Shown: positions 43,704-55,437 of the stretch, in pieces | How positions within the stretch are numbered: position 1 is the stretch's first letter | Layout: every line of letters starts with the position of its first letter | Virus record (IMG/VR): IMGVR_UViG_3300024252_000005 | Length of the DNA: 64,000 nt | Direction: 5' to 3' (one strand) | Source: a virus | Lineage: Duplodnaviria > Caudoviricetes | The notes under the pieces: model-generated | The model's database searches: none | Seen by the model: only the letters and a program-made list of their open reading frames with translations | Told to the model about the DNA's origin: nothing | Translations under genes and position numbers: made by a program

Positions 43704-45565
43704 TGTCTATAAACGTATCTAAAAAATTAATCAATCAAAGAAAAAATCAATATATAAACAAAACATTCGAAGATTTTAGAAATGAGCTGATTAACTATGC
43801 AAATACAAACTTTTCAAATCAAATACAAGACTTTTCTGAAAGTTCGTTGGGAGGAATGCTGTTAGACTTTGCTGCTATTGTAGGTGACTCTTTGTCTTTT
43901 TATGTTGAACAACAATTTAGCGAATTAAGTTATGAAACAGCTACAAGTACATCAAATATTGTTAAGCATCTAAGAAAAGCAGGCGTTAAAGGTGGAAATG
44001 CTTCACCGTCTAGTGTATATGTAACATTTTTTATTGAAGTTGACATTGATACAGACGCAAGCATAAATGATATGCTTCCAGATGCTAATCAGCTTCCAAT
44101 AATCAAAGCAGGTACGACTTTAATTTCTGATGACGGTATTGATTTTATACTATCTGAAGATGTTGATTTCAGATCAAACTATGTAAAAGAAATATCAGAA
44201 GAAGGTGAGAATGGCGCTGCTATAAAGCTAATACTTGAGAAGAAAGGTTTATGTACGTCAGGAATTTTTACTTCTGAAACTGTTTCTTTTGACTCAGACA
44301 ATCAAAACTTTTTCTTATCATATAATATACAGAACGAAAACGTACAAAATATTGTTAAAATAGTTGATAGCGATTTAAATGAATATTATGAAGTTGAATT
44401 TTTAAGCCAAAATACTGTCTATTTAAAAGTAGAAGATGCAAAAGAAAATTATTTGTACCCAACTTCAGCACCTTTTAGATACGTTGTAGAAAGAAACTTT
44501 CAAAATAATACTTCTACAGTTAGATTTGGAAATGGAAGTGGAAAAACAATTGAAGATAATATCTTGACTAACCCTGAAGATTTGCTTGTTCCTTTAAAAA
44601 ATAGAAGTTATAGCGAGAGTATATCATTAGATCCAAATAGCTTGATTAAATCTAATTCTCTAGGTGTTTCTCCTGCAGGCAAAACGTTGACGATTGAGTA
44701 TATTTATGGAGGTGGAGAAGACCATAATGTTGCAGCAGGATCAATTGAAACAATTGTCAACCCGATATTAGTTTTCCCTAATGTGGGTGATGGCAATGCG
44801 GATATTGATGGAATAATTTCAAGTGTCACAGAAACTCTAGATGCTTTTAACGAAGAAGAAGCTGTTGGTGGAACGAATAGCTTGACATTAGAAGAACTAA
44901 GACTACAAATACCAAATACTTTGGTATCACAAAATAGAATTGTAAATGAAAAAGATTTAATATCTAGAATCTATACAATGCCATCAGACTATGGTAAAGT
45001 TCATAAAATTGCATTATTAGAAAATCAATATACTAACCTGTCAAAAGATCTTTTTGTTATATGCAAAAACAATGTGGGCTTTTACGTTCATGCAAATGAT
45101 GCATTAAAAATGAATCTCAAGAATTTCATAAATAACTACAGAGTCCTAGGTGATAGTTTTAATATATTAGATACGTCTATTTATAATTTTGGAATAGAAT
45201 TAACTATTAAAGTAAAATCATCATTTGTTGTTGAAAATGTTTTAGATAACGTTATATCAAGAATTATACAGAATATGAGATTCGAAACTTTACAGATTAA
45301 CGAAGCTATAAATGTTAACGATATTATTAATATAGTCTTAAATACTGATGGCGTTTCTAGTATAGTAACGTTACCTGAAAATATTGTTAATTCAAAAAGC
45401 TTCCAGGATGACTTCTTTGACGAAGAAGAAGAAATAGACATAGAGTATTCAAATAGTAATTTTTCTCCAAAGCAACAATTTCAGGATGGTTTTATTTATC
45501 CCTTAAGAGGCGGAATATTTGAGTTCAAGCATGACAACTATGATATTGTTGTTAGAAATGGATAA
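43703..45565 (+). CDS. Baseplate wedge protein, gp6/baseplate J-like
   Basis: DFSESSLGGMLLD...D.LSFY, GG...LEELR...QNRIV..D. Confidence 0.8.
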   Translation: MSINVSKKLINQRKNQYINKTFEDFRNELINYANTNFSNQIQDFSESSLGGMLLDFAAIVGDSLSFYVEQQFSELSYETATSTSNIVKHLRKAGVKGGNASPSSVYVTFFIEVDIDTDASINDMLPDANQLPIIKAGTTLISDDGIDFILSEDVDFRSNYVKEISEEGENGAAIKLILEKKGLCTSGIFTSETVSFDSDNQNFFLSYNIQNENVQNIVKIVDSDLNEYYEVEFLSQNTVYLKVEDAKENYLYPTSAPFRYVVERNFQNNTSTVRFGNGSGKTIEDNILTNPEDLLVPLKNRSYSESISLDPNSLIKSNSLGVSPAGKTLTIEYIYGGGEDHNVAAGSIETIVNPILVFPNVGDGNADIDGIISSVTETLDAFNEEEAVGGTNSLTLEELRLQIPNTLVSQNRIVNEKDLISRIYTMPSDYGKVHKIALLENQYTNLSKDLFVICKNNVGFYVHANDALKMNLKNFINNYRVLGDSFNILDTSIYNFGIELTIKVKSSFVVENVLDNVISRIIQNMRFETLQINEAINVNDIINIVLNTDGVSSIVTLPENIVNSKSFQDDFFDEEEEIDIEYSNSNFSPKQQFQDGFIYPLRGGIFEFKHDNYDIVVRNG

Positions 45566-45568
45566 AAG

Positions 45569-47482
45569 ATGATAATAACAGAAAATGCTGTAAAAGACAC
45601 ATACGTTACAGATCTTTCAACGCAATATAATAAAGGAGTAGATGCTAACTTTGGTCAAGCATCAACACTTGACTTATTTAAAATCGTAGGTGAAAATAAA
45701 AACGTTAAGCCTAGGTCACTTTTTACAATATTAGATGTCACTAGTGATCTTGTAGCTAGTAAAACGTTTACTTTAAAAGATAGTAGTGACAATAGTGTAG
45801 TTTTTATTATAGATAGTGGCTCAACGCATGAAGACGGTAGAGTTGATGCTAGTGGAAGAGTTATCATAGGAATTAACAACGTTTCTGCTGGTGTTAATCA
45901 ACTTCAGAAAGTAATAAATGCTATAAATAGTGTTTCTAGCTTTAATCAATCTGATCAAGGCGCTCCTGCTCCAGATGGTCAACAAAACTTAAAGCTTAAT
46001 ATTACTGCAACAAAATTAGAGGATTCAAAAATTCTGCTAGAACAGAATATAGCAGGAAAATCAGGTGATGGAGTAGTTACACATGATGCATCTGGCAATT
46101 TTAGCATTACACCTTTTAGAAGATTTGAGCACTCGTCAATATTACTTAAATTTGATCTTGCCTCTTTTAAAACAAACAATGTTACTACTTATGGAAGCTC
46201 TGCATTTAATAGTAATTTTAAAGCACAGTTAAAGCTAAAAGATGTTGGGAGTTCATCTGTAAGACCAAAAGACTTTAAGTTAAGACTAAGAGTTTTAAAT
46301 GAAGATTTTAATGAAGGTTTAGGCAGGGACACAGTCCACTTTTCAGATTTAGGTGATGCTAACTTTAAAACAATTAACACTAAAACAAGCAAAGTCTGGA
46401 CAAAAGAAGGTATTGTTACTTCGACAGATACATCATTACTAGCACAAGCTGTCTTTTCAACATTAGACATAGAAGATGGGAGCGAAGACATAGTTTTTGA
46501 TATAACTTCATATATTCAACATTATCTTAATACAGGTAGTAGTTTAAGTCAGTGTTTTGTAATTGATTTTGATCATGAAAACATGTTTGATGCAAATACT
46601 TATTTTTTAAAAAGGTTTGCTAGTAGAAATAACTTTAATAAAAACTACCATCCAAAAATTGAAATGAAAATAAAAGACACAGTCTTTGACATTATCACAT
46701 ATAAAGATAAAAAAAGATATCTAGATAATACAGAAAATTTTTATTTAACAAATATAATCGATAAGTCTCCAACAGCTTTTAGTGCAAACTTAAAGTTAGA
46801 GTTTTCATATTTAGATACAGATGGTTCAACAAATATACTGAGTAATAATGTAATAGATGCCACTGCAGTTAAAAATTACAAAGGTTCAGACATCCCGGGA
46901 ATTAAAAAGTTTGCTTTGACAAATAATGTTATTCAAAGCACAGAATCAAATTCAAAATTTAAAGCTGAGCTGATTAAAAATGGTTATGTAGATATAACTT
47001 TAAAATATTTTTATGACAGCAACACAGATGGTGACGTTGATAGTGACGAAATAATACTGAAAACAGAAACAGTTAAGTTTTACTTGCCTGATAGTAATCT
47101 TGAGGTATTTAGAAATGTAAGAGTTGTTGTTGACTCAGATCACAAGTCTATGAAAGTTAACAATGACTTCAAGCAGCTTAAGTTAAGTTTTATTGATACG
47201 AAGAAACAATATGATGCTGTTAAGGTTCCTGTAGACTTAATATCAGAAAATATTGGGAATGTTAATTACTCAATGTTTGATGTTGACACAGGTGAAGAGA
47301 TAATTTCAAAAGATGGTTATTACACAAAGCTTATTTACAATGGAGAATATTATCATTTGAATCTATATGCATCTAAAAATTACAAGAATAAAAGAGCAAG
47401 CTTTGTTTTCTATTATACAGACTATTTTTCTGGTCTTGAAAAACAAATATTTGACAAAAGTTTAATTATAAGGTTTGAATAA
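45569..47482 (+). CDS. Putative baseplate/tail structural protein
   Basis: ORF track; KDTYV...N.G motif; within the baseplate operon. Confidence 0.55.
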   Translation: MIITENAVKDTYVTDLSTQYNKGVDANFGQASTLDLFKIVGENKNVKPRSLFTILDVTSDLVASKTFTLKDSSDNSVVFIIDSGSTHEDGRVDASGRVIIGINNVSAGVNQLQKVINAINSVSSFNQSDQGAPAPDGQQNLKLNITATKLEDSKILLEQNIAGKSGDGVVTHDASGNFSITPFRRFEHSSILLKFDLASFKTNNVTTYGSSAFNSNFKAQLKLKDVGSSSVRPKDFKLRLRVLNEDFNEGLGRDTVHFSDLGDANFKTINTKTSKVWTKEGIVTSTDTSLLAQAVFSTLDIEDGSEDIVFDITSYIQHYLNTGSSLSQCFVIDFDHENMFDANTYFLKRFASRNNFNKNYHPKIEMKIKDTVFDIITYKDKKRYLDNTENFYLTNIIDKSPTAFSANLKLEFSYLDTDGSTNILSNNVIDATAVKNYKGSDIPGIKKFALTNNVIQSTESNSKFKAELIKNGYVDITLKYFYDSNTDGDVDSDEIILKTETVKFYLPDSNLEVFRNVRVVVDSDHKSMKVNNDFKQLKLSFIDTKKQYDAVKVPVDLISENIGNVNYSMFDVDTGEEIISKDGYYTKLIYNGEYYHLNLYASKNYKNKRASFVFYYTDYFSGLEKQIFDKSLIIRFE

Positions 47483-50400
47483 TGTCTAGACAAGCAGGAT
47501 CAGCTTCTTTAAGAAGATTACATGTTAATAATTCTATTTTTAAAAAAAAAGGGTATAATAGCAACACGAAATTAACTTCTGTTGAAAGAACAGCGAAAAA
47601 CAAACATATTACTAAGGATAGTGAAACTCTATTTAACGAGGATAAATCTGAGTACTTTGGTAGAATAGACGATTACGAAGGGCTTTTTACAACTCAACAG
47701 CTTGTAAACGTTGATTTTTCTAAATTTGAAAATCACGTATTTTTTGATTCTGCAGTAAGTAAAGTTCATTATGCATACAGAAAAATACTCAATGAATTTC
47801 CATATGACAAAACAGAATACGATGTTAATCAGTATTTTCTAAACTTAGATGGATTTACAAAACATATTTATGACAATCACATACCTAAAAACTTAGGATA
47901 TTTAAGATTTGATGGAAACAATGAAGTTTTCATAAAAGATAAAAATGGAAACTTGTTTAATGATTACAAAGGCGAAGTAAAATCAGGTCTTTTTGATATA
48001 AATAGAAACAAGTTTAGCTTTGACTTTTGGTTATATATTGACTCTCAAGCAAATAGTACAGCTTTTGGAACACAAATAATATTCCAGAAAAAAGATGATT
48101 CAGATAATGGAATAACAATATATGCAGATAACTTTACTACTTTAGATAACATTAATTACTGCGATTTAAATCTAGTAATATCAAACAATAATAATTTCCA
48201 TAAGTCTGTTTCGCAAGTAGAGCTAGGAAAATTCAATCATGTTAACTTTACAACAATTATTGTTCAAGGAAAAAGATTTACAAATTTTTATTATAACGGC
48301 AAACAGAAAAGTGTAACTCAAGATGGATCTTTAAACGTAAGCGAAAAGCTACAAAATGACTTTATTAAATCTAATGCTTTTATTGGAAATGGATCTAATC
48401 ACGCAATATTAGCAAATAACACTTTAAATGTGACAAGGACTTCGGGTCTAATAGGTTATATAGATGAATTTAGATTCTTTGTAAATTCTAGAAAAAGAAA
48501 AGACATTGTAGTAGAAAAAAATAAAAACATACATTCAGTTCCAGCACTAAATATATATTATAAGTTCAATGAGCCTTCCGGAGTATATACTAATAACAAT
48601 ATATGTTTAGATTCTTCTGGCAAAAAAGTTCACGGGCTAATAAGGAAAAATTCTGGTGGTAGCGCTTGGCAAGAATCAGAAATAAGTGAATATAGAACAA
48701 AAGACATAAATATTGATACACCAATAAAGTATGAAGTATTAAATAAATCACCTGTTATATTTCCTAATTTTTCCAATACTTTGCTAAGCCAAAAATCTTT
48801 ATTAGAAAATGCAGAAATTTATGATAAACAAAATCCTAACGTATTCTGGAAACTTTTTCCCAAGTATTTATTTGTAGAATCATCTGATAATGACGGTGTT
48901 GACAATATATTTGTAACAAAAGAAGAAGTTGCTATAGATCAAACAAACACTAAAGTGTTATTTGGAGTTACTGAACCTGGAAACTCTACGTTGATAAATC
49001 TAATTACTATATGGTCAAGGTTTTTTGATCAATTAAAATGCTATATAGATAACATATCTAAGATTATTGACTTAAACTATGACGACTTAAACAATAATAA
49101 ACAATCTAGCATAATATTGCCAACTGCTTTGTCACAAATGGGATTTGAATTTAAAGAAATATTTCCAGATATTATTCTAGACAAACTGGAAGGTAAAAAT
49201 TTAACTCATGAAGAAGTATTTAGTCAAAAATCAATTAGACAGATTCAAAACGTATTATGGAAAAGATTTTTAATTAATTCACAAGATTTCATAAGAAGCA
49301 AAGGAACAATAAACTCTATAAAATCTGTTTTCAATAGCTTTGGATTAGAACCTGATACATTTGTTAGTATAAGAGAGTTTAACTCTCAAAACAAGCTTAA
49401 TATGTCTACTTCATTTATAGAAAAAAATAAAGCACTGAAACTTGTAGACTTTTTTGATAATGGTATAATTAATACTTCTGAAACTTTTGACAATGTAAGC
49501 GGTTATCCCGCTAATAGATTGTTATTAGAGACACAAATGTATGACTCAAACAATAATATATTTTTAGATTTTACATCTAATTGGTCGTTAGAAGCGTATG
49601 TCAAATTTGATCAGCTTAAGCTAGAATCTTACAACAATAAACAATCAATATTTAGAATAGACAAAGAGGACAATGTTAATAGCAAAGTTCCCTATATAAA
49701 CTTAGTATTTTCTAGAGATAAATCTACAGACATTTCAGGCACTTTTACATTGTATGTTAGGGAAACAAATAATAATAGTCAAATCGTAGCATCTAGCTTG
49801 AACGACGTTAACTTGTTTGACGGTAAGTTACATTATATATGCATAAACAGAAAACATTTAACTGATAGCTATTCTCGTTACAATTTGTTTGAGTGCAATT
49901 CAGATTTTGGATCTAAAAACAAAGCAATTAATCAAGTTGAGTCTGTAGTTAACATAAAAGATAAAGACTTTTCTATAAATAAACCTTTTGTTAGAACAGG
50001 CATTGTCAAATCAGGTTTTTATGATAATGTAGTTACAAGCGAAAATATAAATTATACTAGGTTTGAGGGATTAATTGGCACAATTAGGCTTTGGCAAAAA
50101 GAGTTGACAAAAAAAGAAATATTAGTACATAAAACTGATATTTCCAATTCAGGCGTAGATTCATCAAACATAAAAGATGTTCACGATACGCTGATATTGC
50201 ATACAAATCTAAGAGAGAAATTAGAAACTAACTCAAATGGATTAGTAGGAATTGATAATAATTATTTTGAGCTATTTAATGAAGTAACAAGAATAAACAA
50301 TACTGCAAATGATATAAAATCTAAAATATATATAGATAATAATTACTTGACGTTGACAAAAAACATATTTAAGTTAATTGACTATATAGTTCTAGAACAA

Positions 50401-51036
50401 ACAAGTAAAATTGATTATCCAGAAAATTTTAGTAGAGTAAACATAAACTCTTTAAGCAACACAAAGTTAATGGAAGATTATGAAAATTTTAACGTTAATC
50501 CTAACTTCTCTACAGAGTCTAAATTTGCAAACTTTGAAGATATAAGATTATCTATAGACTTTTCTGTTTCCAATTTTATTGACAAAGAAATATCAAAAAT
50601 AATACTTGTAAACGATTATTTTACTCAAAACCTTAGTAATGCTTCATCTTTGTTTGAAGATAGTTACCAAAGTTTACATGAGCTAAGAAATGTATTTTAT
50701 GAAAAACTTGAAAAAGAGCTAAATATAAAAATACTATACCAAATTTACAAATATTATGATAATATTCTTGAAGACATTCTCTATCAGGCAGTACCTAGCA
50801 AGGTTCACTACCATGGCTTTAATTTTGTTTATGAATCTTCGATTGCTGAAAGAAATAAGTATCAATATAGAATGTCTGATAGTAGAATTGGATATGTTGA
50901 CTTGGAAAGCTATGTAAGTTTTGATACTTATAACAAAAGATATTCTGCAGAATTTAATATCAACGGTTTTTCAAGAAGAAACACAATATCAGATTTGAAT
51001 CCAGACAATAGCATTATAAGAAAGAGTTGGACATGA
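47482..51036 (+). CDS. Baseplate wedge-like protein with two LamG/concanavalin-like domains
   Basis: FSFDFWLY...GYIDEFRF and WSLEAYV...GTIRLW; RSKGTINSI...FG (gp7/P2 gpI-like motif). Confidence 0.6.
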   Translation: MSRQAGSASLRRLHVNNSIFKKKGYNSNTKLTSVERTAKNKHITKDSETLFNEDKSEYFGRIDDYEGLFTTQQLVNVDFSKFENHVFFDSAVSKVHYAYRKILNEFPYDKTEYDVNQYFLNLDGFTKHIYDNHIPKNLGYLRFDGNNEVFIKDKNGNLFNDYKGEVKSGLFDINRNKFSFDFWLYIDSQANSTAFGTQIIFQKKDDSDNGITIYADNFTTLDNINYCDLNLVISNNNNFHKSVSQVELGKFNHVNFTTIIVQGKRFTNFYYNGKQKSVTQDGSLNVSEKLQNDFIKSNAFIGNGSNHAILANNTLNVTRTSGLIGYIDEFRFFVNSRKRKDIVVEKNKNIHSVPALNIYYKFNEPSGVYTNNNICLDSSGKKVHGLIRKNSGGSAWQESEISEYRTKDINIDTPIKYEVLNKSPVIFPNFSNTLLSQKSLLENAEIYDKQNPNVFWKLFPKYLFVESSDNDGVDNIFVTKEEVAIDQTNTKVLFGVTEPGNSTLINLITIWSRFFDQLKCYIDNISKIIDLNYDDLNNNKQSSIILPTALSQMGFEFKEIFPDIILDKLEGKNLTHEEVFSQKSIRQIQNVLWKRFLINSQDFIRSKGTINSIKSVFNSFGLEPDTFVSIREFNSQNKLNMSTSFIEKNKALKLVDFFDNGIINTSETFDNVSGYPANRLLLETQMYDSNNNIFLDFTSNWSLEAYVKFDQLKLESYNNKQSIFRIDKEDNVNSKVPYINLVFSRDKSTDISGTFTLYVRETNNNSQIVASSLNDVNLFDGKLHYICINRKHLTDSYSRYNLFECNSDFGSKNKAINQVESVVNIKDKDFSINKPFVRTGIVKSGFYDNVVTSENINYTRFEGLIGTIRLWQKELTKKEILVHKTDISNSGVDSSNIKDVHDTLILHTNLREKLETNSNGLVGIDNNYFELFNEVTRINNTANDIKSKIYIDNNYLTLTKNIFKLIDYIVLEQTSKIDYPENFSRVNINSLSNTKLMEDYENFNVNPNFSTESKFANFEDIRLSIDFSVSNFIDKEISKIILVNDYFTQNLSNASSLFEDSYQSLHELRNVFYEKLEKELNIKILYQIYKYYDNILEDILYQAVPSKVHYHGFNFVYESSIAERNKYQYRMSDSRIGYVDLESYVSFDTYNKRYSAEFNINGFSRRNTISDLNPDNSIIRKSWT

Positions 51037-52064
51037 TTATCGTTAATATCGAAGGCTATCCGTCACATTTATTCAAAGAAGGCTCAGGTTATTTCGTAGA
51101 ATACAAAAGAAGAAATTCTAATACTTTAAATAGAAAATCAAATAACTATATAAAAAAAGAATCAAATAGTTATACAGTTAGAATGAGTTTCAATGCACTT
51201 GATTTTGTAAAAAGAAATATTAATAGTCAAAAATATTCAAATTTTTTCAAAGAAGACAAAGAAATATATATAAAACCTTATAATGATACAAGTAACGAAT
51301 ATATCGACTTACCTTTGAATACTTCTTTTTATAGAAAAAATATTGGTCATTATGACAACAATGAATCACAATTAAATATTGACTTTGATTACTTTAAAGA
51401 TAGACATAAGTTTGAAACAATAGACTACATAGGTATAAGTGAGTCTGAAATGGGAGAATATCCGCACCCAATCAGATTTAACGATTCAGACTTTTATAGA
51501 AGGGGAGCAAGAATAGAAGTTTTTGATAGTGTTAAGAGAATACAACAGTATAGTTTTGGTGTAGACAGCTTAAAAGGTATTAAAGGGAGCTCTTTTAGTA
51601 ATGGCGTTAATGGAATAAAAGAAAACGTTCATATTAAAAATTATACTATAAAAGATCAAATGCCAAACAGTTTTTTTGAAGATGGCATATTAGAAGGAAT
51701 ACTTTATAACAGTAATGATAAGTACAAAGTTGAATATAACGATCATATTCCTCCTGTGTTAGTAGAAGTAAAAACAAATAGACATTCTAATGAACCTAGA
51801 TTTGTAACCTTTAATTCTCAGAAAACAGAACCTTTTAAAGATGTAGCTTCTAATAAAAGAGATATTCTTGTAAATAATGATTCAAATTTCTTCTATAATA
51901 AATTAAGAGATGAATCTTTAAATGATATATTAATATTAAACAGAAATAATAATAATATTTATGATCTTGAAGAAGAAAAGATATATTCTAAACTAGGAAA
52001 AGCTATAGACTATTCAAAAAACACTGGTGAAGAGTCCTTTTTTTATCATGAAAGTATAGACTAA
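51027..52064 (+). CDS. Hypothetical structural-region protein
   Basis: ORF track; overlaps the upstream stop. Confidence 0.7.
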   Translation: MDMIIVNIEGYPSHLFKEGSGYFVEYKRRNSNTLNRKSNNYIKKESNSYTVRMSFNALDFVKRNINSQKYSNFFKEDKEIYIKPYNDTSNEYIDLPLNTSFYRKNIGHYDNNESQLNIDFDYFKDRHKFETIDYIGISESEMGEYPHPIRFNDSDFYRRGARIEVFDSVKRIQQYSFGVDSLKGIKGSSFSNGVNGIKENVHIKNYTIKDQMPNSFFEDGILEGILYNSNDKYKVEYNDHIPPVLVEVKTNRHSNEPRFVTFNSQKTEPFKDVASNKRDILVNNDSNFFYNKLRDESLNDILILNRNNNNIYDLEEEKIYSKLGKAIDYSKNTGEESFFYHESID

Positions 52065-54334
52065 TGCCGAAAATAAGAACGAAACAAATTTACAAGTCAA
52101 GTGATGGTAGCTTTATTAAAAAGTCAGGTATATTAACTAGATCTTTAAAAAGTGCAATTAAAAAAGAAAATGAATATAAGTCTTTTTTCAAAGACAGCTT
52201 TTATCATAATAACCTAGGCAAACATATAAACTCTTTGCCATATAATGACAATAATACTGTTGACTTTATAGAAAAAACAGTAAACAATACATTTCCTGTT
52301 GAAGAAGTATATAAATTAAATAACAAGATATTGCATTCACCTAATGAGTTTGATACTTCTAATAAGATTAATAAAATAGTTACTTCAACACACTATAATA
52401 TGTTTTTAAAAGAAAATTACATAGATGACAATGAAAGCTTGTTTAATGATTCTACAATACTAAGTAGAGATGAGTTAAGTAATAACGAAAAAGAAATAAG
52501 AATAAATCTAAGTTTTTCTGAGCCTTGTAGACTTTCTTTTAATAAAGACAGTAATAGTAATCAAGCTGTAAACCTTGACAATACAAATTATAACTGTATT
52601 AATGCTCCAACTGTATATTATAATTTTGCAGACAAAAAATGGGACTATTTAGGTGACATAGAAAAGAACTATTATAATTCAATAACAGATTTTAAAGAAT
52701 CTCCTATAGCATTTAATTCAATCAATACATCGAAAACAAACAAAATAAGCAATCAATCTTTAGGCTATCCTATTAATACTTTCGGCTTTCCTTTTGATGA
52801 TAGATATCAAGGTCTAGATAGACATTTACTAAAAGCAAGCAAGTATATAACTAAACCTTTTTTGTTGGAAAAAATAAAAATAAAGTTTAAAGGTTCTAGT
52901 AGAGCTGAAACTGATTCAAATCTCAGTCTTTCTATTCTTAACTCATTGAATTTTTTCATAATCAATCAAAGAAAGAATTTAAATAAGAATTCTTTTACTA
53001 ATCTTAGTTTAGACTCTGGGAGCTTTGACTATTTTACAGTTACACAAGTTTCTGGAAGTGGTGTTTATAATCATAATACAGAATCAATCACTTACAGTGT
53101 AGATGAATTTCCAGCTTTTTCTAGCATACAAAATACTGGCAATTCTAGCGAAAGTATAAGTCTAAAAGATACACATGATTCAAATAACACTTATAGCGAA
53201 CTTTCTTCTTCACAAAGAGAATTAATATCTTATTTAAGTATAGTAAATTTTGCTTCTGGCGGTACTGATGAATCTGCAATGAATATAGACATAGAAAGCA
53301 TAAGAAATAATTCGGACTATATCCATGAAGATTCATCAAAACCTTCAGATGCAGCTTTTTTTGCAAAGTGCAACTACGACAAAACTATAGAAGTTATAGG
53401 TGACATAAAAACTCCTTCATATAATGAAAAAATTGAGAGTTTTAGCAGTTTTAACATCTATCCATTTTCAAAGTATGTTAATAGAACTGGAACAGAGTAT
53501 AATACAGAAAGATCAGAAAAATCAGACTATACAATTTCTCATGATATAACAACATCAACTGATGATGCGAGTAAAGAACTTAGCATTAGCAAAAATTCTA
53601 GTAAGACTAATCATTACGTTCTTTTACCATCAGATGAACTTATTTTAGGGTTTAGTTTTAATCCCTCTATGAAGCTTTTAAGTAACAATAAAGTAGGTAG
53701 AGATGTTTATTTATTAAACGATATAGTCGAAGTTTCTCTGATAGGGAATTATTATCAAAAAGAAAAGAAAACAAAAACAAACAGAGTTACTTTCAAAAAT
53801 AATTCTTATAAAAAAATAAATTATTTTGACAGCGTAAGTAACACAGATGAAGTTGGAATGAACAATATTTACCTGAACAAAGGTGCTTATTATGATAAAA
53901 AAATTACCCGCACAATCAATTTGATTGCTCCACTCTTCCCGGGAGGTCCTACAGAGTATACGTTTACCCTCGATAATGTTAACTCAGGAGCAGTTTTTGA
54001 AAAACAAAATATTAGTGGTACTACACTTGCAACAATTGCAGCAAAAACTTTTACAAATTTTAAAAAAGCAAGTGATGAAAACGAAGAAAACTTAGACACA
54101 CTTCCGGAAGGTAGTAAAGACTATACTAATCAATATTTGAGTTATTTTAAGTCTGGAAACCCTAGTAATAGACTAAATTATAATAGATTTTCACCATTCA
54201 AAGATTTGGCTTTAAACAAATTATATTATACTGTTATTAAAAAGTTTAGAGATAGTTCTTTTAATGAAATAACATCAACAAAGTCTTATAATAGCAACAA
54301 GTATTCTATATTAGATGTTACATTTAAAGAATAG
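52064..54334 (+). CDS. Hypothetical structural-region protein (756 aa)
   Basis: ORF track; coupled start. Confidence 0.75.
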   Translation: MPKIRTKQIYKSSDGSFIKKSGILTRSLKSAIKKENEYKSFFKDSFYHNNLGKHINSLPYNDNNTVDFIEKTVNNTFPVEEVYKLNNKILHSPNEFDTSNKINKIVTSTHYNMFLKENYIDDNESLFNDSTILSRDELSNNEKEIRINLSFSEPCRLSFNKDSNSNQAVNLDNTNYNCINAPTVYYNFADKKWDYLGDIEKNYYNSITDFKESPIAFNSINTSKTNKISNQSLGYPINTFGFPFDDRYQGLDRHLLKASKYITKPFLLEKIKIKFKGSSRAETDSNLSLSILNSLNFFIINQRKNLNKNSFTNLSLDSGSFDYFTVTQVSGSGVYNHNTESITYSVDEFPAFSSIQNTGNSSESISLKDTHDSNNTYSELSSSQRELISYLSIVNFASGGTDESAMNIDIESIRNNSDYIHEDSSKPSDAAFFAKCNYDKTIEVIGDIKTPSYNEKIESFSSFNIYPFSKYVNRTGTEYNTERSEKSDYTISHDITTSTDDASKELSISKNSSKTNHYVLLPSDELILGFSFNPSMKLLSNNKVGRDVYLLNDIVEVSLIGNYYQKEKKTKTNRVTFKNNSYKKINYFDSVSNTDEVGMNNIYLNKGAYYDKKITRTINLIAPLFPGGPTEYTFTLDNVNSGAVFEKQNISGTTLATIAAKTFTNFKKASDENEENLDTLPEGSKDYTNQYLSYFKSGNPSNRLNYNRFSPFKDLALNKLYYTVIKKFRDSSFNEITSTKSYNSNKYSILDVTFKE

Positions 54335-54402
54335 TAAATTAGTTCAAAGAATTTAATTAGATTTAATATTTAGATATACTAAGATAAAACTAGGACTTTT
54401 AA

Positions 54403-55437
54403 ATGGCAGGATTTTTAGATAAGAAAAAAAGGTTAATAGACTACAAATTAACTGAACATGGTAGAAGTCAATTATCTACAGGTGATATTAGATTTAAGTA
54501 TTATGCATTTACAGATAGTTCAATAGTCTATAACAAAGAGCTATCTGTTTTAGATTCATTAATACCTAACATTCCAGAGTCAGAATTTTTTTATTTACCT
54601 ACTGAGGTTTCTACAGATCCCGGGATGTACTACAATCCAGAATTTTACTTGAGTAACGAAGCTATATACGACAATTATGAAAATGATTCAATTTTCAACT
54701 TTACAAGGACACAAAAAACATTTGCAGAAAATTTTTCATCTAGCGAATATATTTCTGACAGGGTTCTTGCAAACAAAAACTTAGATAATAACAGTTTAAC
54801 ACTAGAAAGCTCTGATTTACCTGATTCGTTTGATTTTATAGACGAAACTTATTCTAGGAAATATCCAACTGTGCATTATCTAAAAGAAAACGTAGAAAAT
54901 TTACCAGAAGTAAAAAAAGACTATAGATTTTCTAATTATTTAAAGTTCAAGAGGTTAGACCCTATAGATTCACAAGGAAATATTTTAGGATCACAAAGCG
55001 AGGATGGATTTGTTACAGACAGCTCACCTAGAAATCCTATACATTTCATCTACAAAACACTAGATTTTAAAAATGAAATATTTATAGGTGATGAAAGAGA
55101 AGATGCCATAGCTAAGGTAGTTAACTTACTTTCAAAAAATAGAGACAAGTTATTCTATTTAGATTATAATCTTGATAATTCTTTCTCTAGAGCAAATGAC
55201 AATTATGTGTTTGAAATGCACAAAATAAAAGATAATAATTTAAGTAAACTACCTTTTATAAATCTAGGTAGAATATTTGATAAATTCAATCAAAAATTTG
55301 TAAAAGTTTTCTTGATTGGAAAGTTTATTAAAAAAGAAGTTGTTAAAGAATCTTTTAACTTAGAAAACAATACAACTATAGTTGATTTATCTAATGATTA
55401 CTATTTTGTTAATTTATTTACGTTGGTGATTGAATAA
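54403..55437 (+). CDS. Putative baseplate/tail-collar protein
   Basis: MAGFLD...IDYKLTEHGRSQL.TG...YYAFTDSSIVY N-terminal motif typical of tail-collar/gp8-like proteins. Confidence 0.55.
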   Translation: MAGFLDKKKRLIDYKLTEHGRSQLSTGDIRFKYYAFTDSSIVYNKELSVLDSLIPNIPESEFFYLPTEVSTDPGMYYNPEFYLSNEAIYDNYENDSIFNFTRTQKTFAENFSSSEYISDRVLANKNLDNNSLTLESSDLPDSFDFIDETYSRKYPTVHYLKENVENLPEVKKDYRFSNYLKFKRLDPIDSQGNILGSQSEDGFVTDSSPRNPIHFIYKTLDFKNEIFIGDEREDAIAKVVNLLSKNRDKLFYLDYNLDNSFSRANDNYVFEMHKIKDNNLSKLPFINLGRIFDKFNQKFVKVFLIGKFIKKEVVKESFNLENNTTIVDLSNDYYFVNLFTLVIE